Source of the DNA: Laetmonice hystrix
Taxonomy: Eukaryota
Length of the DNA: 64,000 nt
Direction: 5' to 3'
NCBI GenBank assembly: GCA_965235115.1
Contig: OZ249439.1
Span: 14,694,001-14,758,000, forward strand
Positions 24,889 to 36,900 of the stretch are shown here, piece after piece. The notes under the pieces are model-generated. The model worked only from the letters and a program-made list of their open reading frames with translations, had not been told where the DNA came from and made no database searches. Position numbers and translations under genes: made by a program. How positions within the stretch are numbered: the first letter of the stretch is position 1; each line of letters begins with the position of its first letter.

Positions 24889-25336
24889 TAGGTAAGGAAA
24901 GTGCGAAAGGTCATGACAAAACATATCATGTAAGGAAAGTGCGAAAGGTCATAACAAAACATATCATGTAAGGAAAAGTCCGAACGGTCATGACAAAATA
25001 TCACGTAAGGAAAGTCCGAAAGGTCATGACATAACATATCATGTAAGGAAAGTCCGAAAGGTCATGACAAAACATATGCAAGGAAAAGTCCGAAAGGTCA
25101 TGACAAAATATATCACGTAAGGAAAGTCCGAAACGTCATGACAAAACATATCACGTAAGAAAAGTCCGAAAGGTCATGACATAACATATCATGTAAGGAA
25201 AAGTCCGAAAGGTCATGACAAAACATATCACGTAAGGAAAGTCTGAAAGTTCATGACAAAACATATCACGTAAGGAAAGTCCGAAAGGTCATGACAAAAC
25301 ATATCACGTAAGGAAAGTCCGAAAGGTCATGGCATA
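24889..25336. repeat. 38/39-bp minisatellite, 12 copies
   Basis: Unit gtaaggaaagtccgaaaggtcatgacaaaacatatcac. Confidence 0.95.
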
Positions 25337-25715
25337 ACAAACAGGTACTGATTCATTTGATTGCGGTCAAACACGGACGGTTACTATCGCTTACCTTGAA
25401 TCACATATTTGGTTTTTGACAATGTTCTAAAACACCTGTCTCCTGACGCCCTCAAGAAAGTAAACCCTAAATCCAAAATGGTTGTGCACTCAAGAGCATT
25501 TGGCCAATGAAAAGCACGGGGTTTTAAATCTGGGGCCTGGTTGCAGTGGTTAATCTTGAACGTTTTCAGAGTCAACTGTCTAACTGCTGACCTCTGGCTC
25601 GATCCGAACAGGTTCGACCGTGCCTGATGCATCAGTAAGGCGACAGGAGGGACCCCATGGTGGCGCCACCTTATGCCAAACGGTGGCATCTGATGGCTCG
25701 CTCCTTCTCTGTCGT

Positions 25716-25731
25716 CAGCGCCATCTGGTGT
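25716..25731 (-). promoter_or_regulatory. CTCF-like motif
   Basis: Reverse complement acaccagatggcgctg. Confidence 0.4.
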
Positions 25732-25813
25732 AGACTTTCATCCACTTGCTGATCAAACTGGTCAGGTTATCATATTTCTTCCCATTCTACAATCCCACGA
25801 AAACGGGGGTAGG

Positions 25814-25989
25814 TAGGGCCGTAGCCTGCCCAAAAATCATAGGGGGCAGTGTCCCATGAACATTAACCAGATAGGCCTACCGTGTAATAGCGCGTCCTTG
25901 GGCCGGTCGAGCTGGGGTCTCGGTTATTAAAAAATGGATATCCTATTGCCCCCCTTGCCCCCCCCCCTCCCCTGCAGGCTACGGCCCTG
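25814..25989. mobile_element. 176-bp MITE with 16-bp TIRs
   Basis: tagggccgtagcctgc (25814-25829) ... gcaggctacggccctg (25974-25989), one terminal mismatch. Confidence 0.75.
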
Positions 25990-27624
25990 ACATTATGAAT
26001 GTATCTGGGCCATATGTGATAGTTCGATACCAGGGAATTGGACATTTGTGTTCTCAGAATGTAGGGAGGTTAACTTTTCTTTCAATTGTTTTTCTGTGTG
26101 GGGGAGTATGTACCCGATCCCGTAGCATAGCTTTGCAGCTCCGGTGGTTGCAGGTATTTCATTGCGCCCATACTTTCCTAAAAGCTAACTTCACACCTGA
26201 TGGCTAAATATACGTAGGTATACATTGTAGATTGACAGGGACCTAAGCTAGGCTACTTACACTTTTTGCACACGTCAGTGGGTCGCAAAACAAAAGAATA
26301 GAGCGTCTAACAATAGTATATCCCTGCGACTGGCACTCGTATTTGCATATCAAATAGGTATCAAGATATGCACACGTGACTGCAATGTGTAGAGGGCGCT
26401 CACGTCCCAATTTTGCTGGGTGGTTTTCAAAATATCTGTTTATGCTCACTAAAATAAATTTACAGACGTAAAATGTCTATTAAAATTTGAGGTTAATCTT
26501 TACCTAACACCTGTAGTACTTGAATACTTTTAATTTTGCCGGAACTCCGAATTTGTCCTAGCATAACGTTGAGTATATGTGCACACCCTTTCTGTGGTCC
26601 TCGATCTGGACGATATATGAAGATATATAAACCAATTACCACCACTGTAGAAATGTAGGGAACTCGAGGCGCCGGTCTCCACGTTCGGTCCTAGTCTGGA
26701 AACAGACGCTGTTGAAAACCTGACAGTACGAAGAGTTCGGCTCGGTTGGTATGTGTCCACTTGGAGAGGTGAGGGTGTAACTCGGCGATAGGTGGACACA
26801 ACTCTTCTAAAGGGCTCTAGCAATAGAACCCATACCACAGATTACCATACACAAACAGATAGGAAACGGCCATAGTAATGACGTGAAACAAAGATGGCGT
26901 CACAATTCAGTGATTTGTCAGTGGCGACACCATGCGTCGGAGGAGATAAACTAAACGCCCTCCATAGGAAAAGCATAGCGTGACAGGTTTAGGACAACAT
27001 ATCTGACAAATGACCTGCATTTGGTGGCAGGTGTTAAAAAAAATACGGTACTCGGATGCCCGGGGTAGCCATATTTTCCCGCTAGGCTACCAACCTATGT
27101 CCAAAATGGGACTGAGGACGTTCCTAGCCGGGCTCATGCATAACTTGCCATAGGCGCATTGTAGTTTATCTCACCATTCGCCAGGTGTCACTAGTGGTCA
27201 CGGGCGAAAACCGGAAGTTTCAAATCGGCCTATCTCGTTTCCAATCTGTTTGTGTATGCTAATCTGTGCCCATACCCCGTCAGTGGGCTCAATCTGCGGC
27301 AAGGTTCCAAATCAGTTGTCTCTCAATGGGTTATCGTGTGTTCTCCAGACGCCAGATCTTCGAACGGTATAGGACTTAGACCAAGTCTCAATGATCAGTT
27401 CCCCCTTTTTTAGGTACTCTCAATTTTTAGTTACTCTTAGCTCGATACAAGTGATAATAAAAAGTGTCCTGAGACACTCTAGTCCCAGAGCTTGATTCCT
27501 CCGTGATCATCTCAGGTGCAATCGGTCGCTGGAATAGCTCGCAATACACAGAGTATTTTGACCCAAGCTTCTGAGTCCCGATTCTCTGTGGCAGTCTAAG
27601 CATAAATCAAGAAAACTATGGTGA

Positions 27625-27694
27625 GATATATCGTATCGTTTGTTGTATCGTGATACGTATCGTATCGTGGCACAAGTGTATCGTTTCAGCCCTA
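27625..27694. mobile_element. Orphan end of a hAT-like MITE
   Basis: A (tatcg)-rich tract ends in gtatcgtttcagcccta (TAGGGCTGAAACGATAC on the minus strand). No partner end was found. Confidence 0.4.
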
Positions 27695-28956
27695 CTAAAT
27701 CCTATGAATGAAAGGATCACCTAACGAAACGTCATATTTTTTAATCGATCTCTTGCAGACCGGCAGAAGACAATGCCCTTAGAAGTTGTTCCTATAGCTT
27801 GCCCCAGCTGAACACCTCAGACTCGCACTGGCCACGGTAAAATTGGACTTCAACCGGAAGGTCAATAGAAAACAACCACTCGTGTCATGTTATGGCCCAA
27901 TAGAATGAGCCAAACGGTTGGAAATGAAAGGAGATCCTTTAAGTATGTCGAATTGTGGGTGGCGGTGTGGCGGGGGTTATGGTCAGTAGATCCTTAATTC
28001 CACGGAGAGAAGAGAAAGTTCACACAGGTCAGGTGAGATGCCTGACAAAGATATGACGGCGAATTTGTCTAAAAGATGTATGTCCTGTCCATCTTCACTT
28101 AACTGAAACACCCGTCGCCGCAAAGACCTCTTTGGCTCAGCGACCAGTTCAATATTGGGATCTATAGGCCCAATAATAATTTGTTTTAACTGAAAATCTT
28201 AGGGGGGCAGTTGCCCCCCTTGGCCCCCTGCAGGCTACGGCCCTGGTAGGAGTTATAAATACACGGGGAGTGGCAATAGTGTCTGGCGGATCCATAGCCG
28301 ACTGGGGAGGGAGTGGGTGGCTCGGAGGGCCCCTTCAAAACCAAAATCGCCCGATGGCATAGGCCTACATGTACCTATTTCATGAATAGCCACTCCTACC
28401 CGGCTGTGGGTCTACTTCCCAAGATCTCGCCCCCTCCCAGTACACGAGCAGCCCCCTGCAATCCGGAAGTCCTGACGAAGGGCCCGTTCTACAGGATACG
28501 TCTTTTTGGAGGTCTGTGAATCGGGAGTAGAGGTTTAGGGGCAGGTCGCCTAGAGTGATAGATTTTTACTTCGAAACTAAATTTCCTTTACCACGTGGTC
28601 CGTACGTGGAGCCTATATCCTGGTCCCTTCCACCCTTGAAATCACGCCTTACTCGCAATCTCCGCACTTAATGCCTTACAACCCTAAGCTTGCACTGATA
28701 GTTTGGGGTCCATGCCCATTTGTAAATCCATGTCATATACGATTAAAAGCATTGGCTTACCGAATAAGATGCCGGATAGGCCTACTTTAGGCATACGTCC
28801 TAGTTTTCTCCGCGTTCGGAAAGAACGTATGTCTAGACATAACTCCTTGAAGGGGTGGAATGGCTGATAACGTTAAATTTGTCTACGGCGGCCAACTCCT
28901 AAAGGGAGACAGAAAGACAGGGTTTGCAGAGACGTGCAGTGCAGCACATGAAGTTT

Positions 28957-28971
28957 CCGCCAGATGGCACC
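28957..28971 (+). promoter_or_regulatory. CTCF-like motif
   Basis: ccgccagatggcacc. Confidence 0.4.
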
Positions 28972-29351
28972 ACAAGTACCCATGCTCCGCTTGAAGCCGT
29001 TTGACGGCGGAATCCTGCACACGGAGACGCTTCTTCTCCCATTTTCTGGGCATCAGCATGAGGGGAAAGGGGGGGGGGCACCGATAGGTTATTATAATGG
29101 AGGCGACACCTTACAGCAACATACAAAATGTCTCTTATGTGTATATGGGGGGGGGGGGAGTTGGTACTTTCAATTTCACCTTGAATGCACGCCCGTGTAC
29201 AGTTGTCGGCCCTACCTTGCGCATTCCAAATATTCCTGTATGCGACGTAGATACATTTCAACCGTTCCTGTCAACGCTGGGTAATTCAAAGTGACGAGGG
29301 ACAGTCTGTGTCCACCCCGGCTTATTCAAAGGTGACCATACAAACACAAAT

Positions 29352-31148
29352 AGTCCGCCCACTAAACTTGGTGGGAAACCTGTGTGTGGTTGATAGTGTG
29401 GAGACAGCTAATGGAGCAGTCCACCCACTAAACGTGGTGGGTAACCTGTGTGTGGTTGATAGTGTGGAGACAGTGGAGCAGTCCGCCCACTAAACTTGGT
29501 GGGAAACCTGTGTGTGGTTGATAGTGTGGAGACAGCTAATGGAGCAGTCCACCCACTAAACGTGGTGGGTAACCTGTGTGTGGTTGATAGTGTGGAGACA
29601 GTGGAGCAGTCCGCCCACTAAACGTGGTGGGAAACCTGTGTGTGGTTGATAGTGTGGAGACAGTGGAGCAGTCCGCCCACTAAACGTGGTGGGAAACCTG
29701 TGTGTGGTTGATAGTGTGGAGACAGTGGAGCAGTCCGCTCACTAAACGTGGTGGGTACCTGTGTGTGGTTGATAGTGTGGAGACAGCTAATGGAGCAGTC
29801 CGCCCACTAAACGTTGTGGGTACCTGTGTGTGGTTGATAGTGTGGAGACAGTGGAGCAGTCCGCCCACTAAACGTTGTGGGTACCTGTGTGTGGTTGATA
29901 GTGTGGAGACAGTGGAGCAGTCCGCCCACTAAACGTGGTGGGAAACCTGTGTGTGGTTGATAGTGTGGAGACAGTGGAGCAGTCCGCCCACTAAACGTGG
30001 TGGGTAACCTGTGTGTGGTTGATAGTGTGGAGACAGTGAAACAGTCCGCCCACTAAACGTGGTGGGTACCTGTGTGTGGCTGATAGTGCGGAGACAGTGG
30101 AGCAGTCCGCCCACTAAACGTGGTGGGTAACCTGTGTGTGGTTGATAGTGTGAAGACAGTGGAGCAGTCCGCCCACTAAACGTGGTGGGAAACCTGTGTG
30201 TGGTTGATAGTGTGGAGAGAGTGGAGCAGTCCGCCCACTATACGTGGTGGGAAACCTGTGTGTGGTTGATAGTGTGGAGACAGTGGAACAGTCCGCCCAC
30301 TAAACGTGGTTGGAAACCTGTGTGTGGTTGATAGTGTGGAGACAGTGGAGCAGTCCGCCCACTAAACGTGGTGGGTAACCTGTGTGTGGTTGATAGTGTG
30401 GAGACAGTGGAGCAGTCCGCCCACTAAACGTTGTGGGTACCTGTGTGTGGTTGATAGTGTGGAGACAGTGGAGCAGTCCGCCCACTAAACGTTGTGGGTA
30501 CCTGTGTGTGGTTGATAGTGTGGAGAAAGTGGAGCAGTCCGCCCACTAAACGTGGTGGGTAACCTGTGTGTGGTTGATAGTGTGGAGACAGTGGAGCAGT
30601 CCGCCCACTAAACGTGGTGGGGACCTGTGTGTGGTTGATAGTGTGGAGACAGTGGAGCAGTCGGTCCACTAAACGTGGTGGGAAACCTGTGTGTGGTTGA
30701 TAGTGTGGAGAGAGTGGAGCGGTCCGCCCACTAAACGTGGTGGGTAACCTGTGTGTGTTTGATAGTGTGGAGACAGTGGAGCAGTCCGCCCACTAAACGT
30801 GGTGGGAAACCTGTGTGTGGTTGATAGTGTGGAGACAGTGGAGCAGTCCTCCCACTAAACGTGGTGGGAAACCTGTGTGTGGTTGATAGTGTGGAGACAG
30901 TGGAGCAGTCCGCCCACTAAACGTGGTGGGGAACCTGTGTGTGGTTGATAGTGTGGAGACAGTGGAGCAGTCCGCCCACTAAACGTGGTGGGAAACCTGT
31001 GTGTGGTTGATAGTGTGGAGACAGTGGAGCAGTCCGCCCACTAAACGTGGTGGGAAACCTGTGTGTGGTTGATAGTGTGGAGCCAGTGGAGCAGTCCGCC
31101 CACTAAACGTGGTGGGAAACCTGTGTGTGGTTGATAGTGTGGAGACAG
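29352..31148. repeat. 61-63-bp minisatellite, ~29 copies
   Basis: Unit agtccgcccactaaacgtggtgggaaacctgtgtgtggttgatagtgtggagacagtggagc; some early units carry an extra ctaat. Confidence 0.97.
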
Positions 31149-32610
31149 CGGCCGGAGTGATCGCTAATCATGCCATGAATCTTGCACGGAATTATCATTC
31201 CGATTTATGATGTTGTTGATTAGTTTTATAGATACTTGCCACCGTGTAATTCATGCCAATGAGGCCATATCCCGATCAATTACCATAATTCAAAATCCAA
31301 TTAACAGTTAACCGATTCGCTTTCGCGGCAACTGCAGCCAGTTATATCTATCAATATATCCTGGCGGCTGCATGAATTAACAGCCTCTTCATTCTCAATG
31401 TTAAAATGTTACTATGTAGCAATAGGTTCAGCACTTAGTCTTCCTATACTGACTTTATTTCTTGATTGAATCATAACTATCACCCTCCTTGCAGTGTCAT
31501 TAACCGTACGGTTTTTAAAACTCAAATACTCGATCCAAATACCAATGATTACATGGCAGTGCCCTACTCAGGGTACCTCCAAAATCGCAGCCAAGATAAG
31601 ATAAGGATTTATGAAAACCATAAATGTTTAAGGGGTAATTTATCATTTAATGCAATCAATAATGTTGACATGAATTGCCCATATCCTTTTAGACAAGATC
31701 CATTTAGTATTTTTTAAGAAGCAGAAGTCTGTCGAGATCTTAAAAAAAGAAAGTCGTTCATGGTCGTATTGCACTCAAGAGTCTCCTAAACAACTCGGAG
31801 CCGACATTTCAAATTTGTACACAGATTCAGCGCCAAGCCTGACAGATATTTCCCTGAGATGGGATGGTGTTGATTATACAGGATTCAGTTCCTCCGAGGG
31901 AGACTATGTTTAATATGGACCACACTATAGGATACATCCACACAACAATCTAAAACACAAGTTATTGTGTGCCTTACAGAATACTAAGTATTGCGCCTAG
32001 ATCTACACCTTATGGTACATTATTATGCAAGAATGAGAGCACAACGCTGTGAATTTACTGAATGGAAAACAACCCCTGAGGAATCACATATTTTGTTACT
32101 GTATTATAACCCCCAATCTTCCCCTGGTCAGTGTCACCATGAACCATTGATGGTGAATATAGTGATGGCATAAAAGTGCACACAAAGAGTGAAGAGAGTG
32201 CACAGGTTTCGTAGTCACGTATGCAGGAGCCCTATGGATGAACACACATATACGGAAACCAACGCTCGTCCAGAACACTGACATGAAAGCCAGCAATCTT
32301 TTGTTGTTTTTGCATAGGACATAATCACTCGTATCATATCCTCCTCCACATCTCCGATTCGTATGAAGTGCAACCACTTTTAATGGTGCTTGACCCAGAA
32401 TTAAACAGTAAAATACCATTATGGATATGGTATTTCTTTCTTCTGGGTTCCTCAGTTCTTTTAGGTTATATAGTTATGATACTTTTACAATTTCATTATG
32501 CGTGAAAAAAATATTTGAAGTGCCCCCAGTTTTTTGGTTTGTTTTGACCGATATCTTGAGAGCCGGCGAGACGAGATCGGTATAGGCACTGTCGGAAATA
32601 TCTCGCAACT

Positions 32611-32625
32611 GGCGCCACCTGGCGG
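32611..32625 (-). promoter_or_regulatory. CTCF-like motif
   Basis: Reverse complement ccgccaggtggcgcc. Confidence 0.45.
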
Positions 32626-33400
32626 GAAGATGATCGTTCCATTATGGTAATACCTGTCATATGTCACATTTCCATACAGATATCCTCGATCGATTGGTTG
32701 AATACGTTTCAAAGTATTATTATAACACTGGAAAAAAAGCTTTTAAATTAGCCAAAGAAATACGTTCCACATAAAAACGAAATAGGATACGAGTACATGA
32801 GCTACTGTGATGTATAGGCTAACACTTTTGACTTTTATATTCAGTATGAAACGTCTGGCCAAGGAACTTCTGGTTACGTTTTGTCATGGAAACAACTGGC
32901 TTGTAAATATCGCAACCTGCCAGGTACATGTGATAAACGATTATGTAAATGTGTGTCAGTAAAGTCAGTGAACACCCGTTATGAACCGGGCCCTTTCACT
33001 CGATGATAACTTTTACTTACGTCGTCGCATTAACTCTAAAACCAGCAGAACTCATGTCAAAGGGCGAAATCAGTGAGCTACGAGTAACTTTCCACATTCA
33101 ATGAAATAGCAATATAATGTATGCGTTTTATTCCTGGGTTGAATTCACATCGACCAGGGGCAAAGGGTAAACATATATCATCATCATTCAACCCAAGATC
33201 GAATGTGTAATACTGACTCTCATGAAATATTCATAATGACAAATTATTAAACGGCTTGGCAAATTCTCGCCATTGATCTTTTGCTGAACATGAAGCTAAT
33301 ATCCTTCAGTCTATGAAGATAAGGGCCAGTTGGTGATCAATAGGACAAGACGGGTGGAACCGTCCTCGGCAGTGTTCAATGATTGCCACAATATACCCCA

Positions 33401-33483
33401 GAGACGGGCAGAGACAACACTGGTTTGTGTGTCAAATACCGGAGACGGGCATAGACAACACTAGTTTGTGTGTCAAATACCGG
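33401..33483. repeat. 41-bp tandem duplication
   Basis: gagacgggca(g/t)agacaacact(g/a)gtttgtgtgtcaaataccg x2. Confidence 0.9.
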
Positions 33484-33945
33484 CACATTACTTTCACCAT
33501 TCCAATTTTGATTACCCGTATAGTAAAGACGATTGAATGCATGAGTCAATCTAGAGTAATAGAAGAGAGTTGGATGAAATAATAAGAATGCCTGCGGGGC
33601 CAGTCTTAATATGCCGTCATCAAACGATTCCCAAGACTTAAATATTCTTCTATCATAAAATGCCCGAGGGATGCAGGCCCGCCCCTTTTTTTCTGCGCGT
33701 TTAGAAGCTACGGTTAAAGTAGATATGAAGGTGTTTACTGCTGGCACTGGGTTGTCCTTACCTCTCGAAGAAAGGGGGTATACCAGGGCAGGGTGAGGAA
33801 TGACGCCCCGCCTACAGGATCACAAATGGAAAATTGCGCTTTGCTCTTAGAGAAGTGAGTGCCGGACAGACGTCCACGCCTTCATCTTCGGCGGGGCGAT
33901 GGAGCGGAACAGCAATATCATTATGTGACGAGAGAAGGAGGCGAC

Positions 33946-33988
33946 GGGGGTGGGTGGGGTGGGTGGGTGGGTGGGTGGGGGTGGGGGG
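33946..33988 (+). repeat. (GGGT)n G-rich tract, G-quadruplex-competent
   Basis: Nine runs of 3 or more G separated by single T. Confidence 0.8.
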
Positions 33989-36900
33989 ACTGGCCCCTAG
34001 TCTGACTGGGCAGGGCCCTCTAGGAATCCACTTGTAGTGGCAATTTGGAAGAGCAAGAACGGAGCAATGGACCCCTCCCGAAAGGTCATCAGCAGGAAAT
34101 GATGTGAAAGTGACCCCAGTAACCACTGTGGTCAAATCAATGGTAGAGTTCACAATATCATCAAACTACCGTTCTTAAAGTCTTGAGGAGGTAGAAATCG
34201 GCAGACGTGTTCCCTTTGGCCCCTTCTCTCCCAAACATTTGATTGCCATCTATTGCACAGAGGATGTTGAATACGGGAAATACATGCATGTTGATTGGTG
34301 TCCATGTTCAAGTCTATCACAAAATCATCGTTTCATGCCTCTTAGTGAAATAATATAATATATAATGAAAGTCAACATTGTCAACATGTGTGTATCACCG
34401 TACCCTTGCATATACCCTATGTGTATATCACTAAAGTATTCCCTAGAGGATGTTGCATTACTTGTATTATATTTATAATATAAATATAATAGACGTATTC
34501 CAAGATTATTTATCTCACAGCTGTCAATACCACATTGTTCAATGTTGTTGACTATTCTAGTTCTTGCTGGCTAAATGGATGTTTGATTACCCGCTTGCAA
34601 GTTGATTTAAGCAACTTTTTAGAATATTCATAATAATGCATCTAGTACGGAATTAAATGGCCAAAAAAGTACGAACTACTGTCAATGGAAGTAAACGAGA
34701 TTAAGTATTTTTTAATATATTCAGTCTCCTCTGCATCCCGACGTAATTTTACATCTTGTGATGTCCTAATTATCAAAATCATAATTTGATTAACTCGCGA
34801 TTGACATATCAAAATTGAATAATGGGCGTGATAAGAACCTTCAAGAATTAACTTTAAGAAAAATGAAGCCATGGTGGTTTCCCGAACGTAGACACAAGGA
34901 GGACAAATACAACGTAAACAAGAGATTTTATTTTATTTATTTTACTCTATATGATTTCAAAGAATGTATAGACAACTTAAATAAATCATTGCTAGACTTT
35001 TCACGACAGAGTAACGATGCCATTGAACAAATAACGTTTATTGTATTTAACTTGTTTCAAAGCTATCCTCGAGATGCATTTGCTTTTTAGACACGCAGTA
35101 TAGAGGATTCTGTACAAGCAGACAAACAAAATGATATATTTGTAGGCCTCTTGTATGTTTCATAGAATACAAATAGAATTCCACGCGTGTTTTCTACGAT
35201 AATAGCTCGTTTTACGACCAAAGCTCTATAGCTCTGAAAAATTCGTGATATTTGAAAACAAAGGCTATTTTTCAATAACGGGGTTGCCGAAAGGAAACAA
35301 GCAAACAGCATCAGTTCTATGTATATTGTACGGCCCGGCTACCTTTTCCCGTCTCTATGTATTGAGAACTCAGACAAAGTCATATGAGAGAGATGAGGGC
35401 CAGCTGAGGGAGGCTGGGCGGATAATAGCAACTCCCGCAATAATCACAGAGTACCTGGTGATCTGGAGAGGATGTTGCTGGCTGGTTGTGCGAAATCCCT
35501 GTCACAGACAACTCACAATCAACGATGTATGGTATGGGTCTGAAAACAGAGTCAGCCTAACAAGTAGAAAGGGATTTAACGTTTCAAAAAGAAAGGTGAA
35601 TAAATGGAAACAAGTAATTACTGAATACATCTTCCCGCAAAGTTCTCGTTGGGTGAACTGCCTTCACGCAATTTTTATTCAACTATCCAGCTATAGCGGT
35701 AAATATCTCAAGAAATATCGCTCTTTCTCAGCGTTTTTAGCATGTATAATTATTTCCGGTTTTTGTTTATGAACAATATGCACGTTTTAAGTCTAGGTAT
35801 GGAGTGTCACGTACCAGACAAGGCTGGGGCCGTACCCTCTGGATCATTCGGTTTAATGGATACTACATCTGGTCACACCCATAATCCAAATGGAACGCCA
35901 TGTGGCTGGCTCGTCACGAGGCAGGCGCGGACGTTTCCTTATTATTTAGTGCTATCCCAGCATGCCTTCCGTGTCTTGTGCCGAATACAAATCAGACTAT
36001 CCTATTACAGTGAGAGATAAAATAGCATTAGGTGTCTAGATGCTGTGGGGCAACGTAACTGGGGCACAGCTCTCCTTCAACAATGGAAAAGTTGGCTGCG
36101 TTTCTTGGGCTTCCCACCCGAACAATCTCCCGAAGCCTGACTCCGGAGTTCTGAAGAGCCTCCAAGAGGGGCCGTAGGAGTGAACAATAAGCTGGTGGTA
36201 TTGATCCTCTGTCTGTAATTGATTCTTGGAATGTTATTACCATCAGATGGACAGGCCAAGTCAATTCATATCACTGGAAATACTTTCCGTCATTCATGTT
36301 TGATTGTGGCTACACGTAGATATAACCATCTTGGAGATTTCATTTGGAGAAGAACTCCATAAAAGCACGTGTCGCAAGACCATTGCGCAATCCGATCTGC
36401 CGTCTACTCTGATGTTTCTTTGATGATGTTTCTCGGAGTCGGCATTGATCAGACGAGCCGGAAAACTTCCATTTCGCTTCAACTTTTTCAACTAATCACA
36501 ATGAGTCTCATGAGAGATTTTACTCTTTCCTGACTTGCATGGGCCACCTGCTGACGTTGTGGGACGGGGGAGAACGATCACTTTGAGGGGGTTCACGCTT
36601 GTTAAGAAGTTGGTCAGTTATGACTGAGTTTTGGCGTTATATGGATATTGAAAGTGGTTTACACCAGCGCCCCCTCTTCCTTTATTAAGCGAGAGAGATT
36701 AGAGAAGGTCGATGGCAGCAACAGGACATATTGCGTATCATATTGCAAAAACACATTGGTTCTTCTGGCAAAGGTTTCTCTGGTTGTCATCACTTCAGAC
36801 AGGAAACTGCATAACCAGAGTGCATGATCGCACTAAGGGTTGTCGAATAAATTAGAAGCGACTGGGAATGTCGGTGGAAACAGTTTCAACACTTGCTTCC

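Larger units (their letters stand above)
25814..28245. mobile_element. Possible 2.4-kb composite non-autonomous DNA transposon sharing the same left TIR
   Basis: A second identical right TIR lies at 28230-28245. GTAGG flanks both outer ends (25809-25813 and 28246-28250), a possible 5-bp TSD. Confidence 0.4.

Noticed and set aside
15866-31148. Large repeat arrays as CRISPR arrays
   Set aside because: Units are head-to-tail with no unique spacers, there are no cas genes, and the context is a eukaryotic intron-containing locus.
34815-35772. AT-rich ORFs as a transposase or P2X7-like C-terminal remnant
   Set aside because: Only 3-5-residue matches across frameshifts; not supportable.
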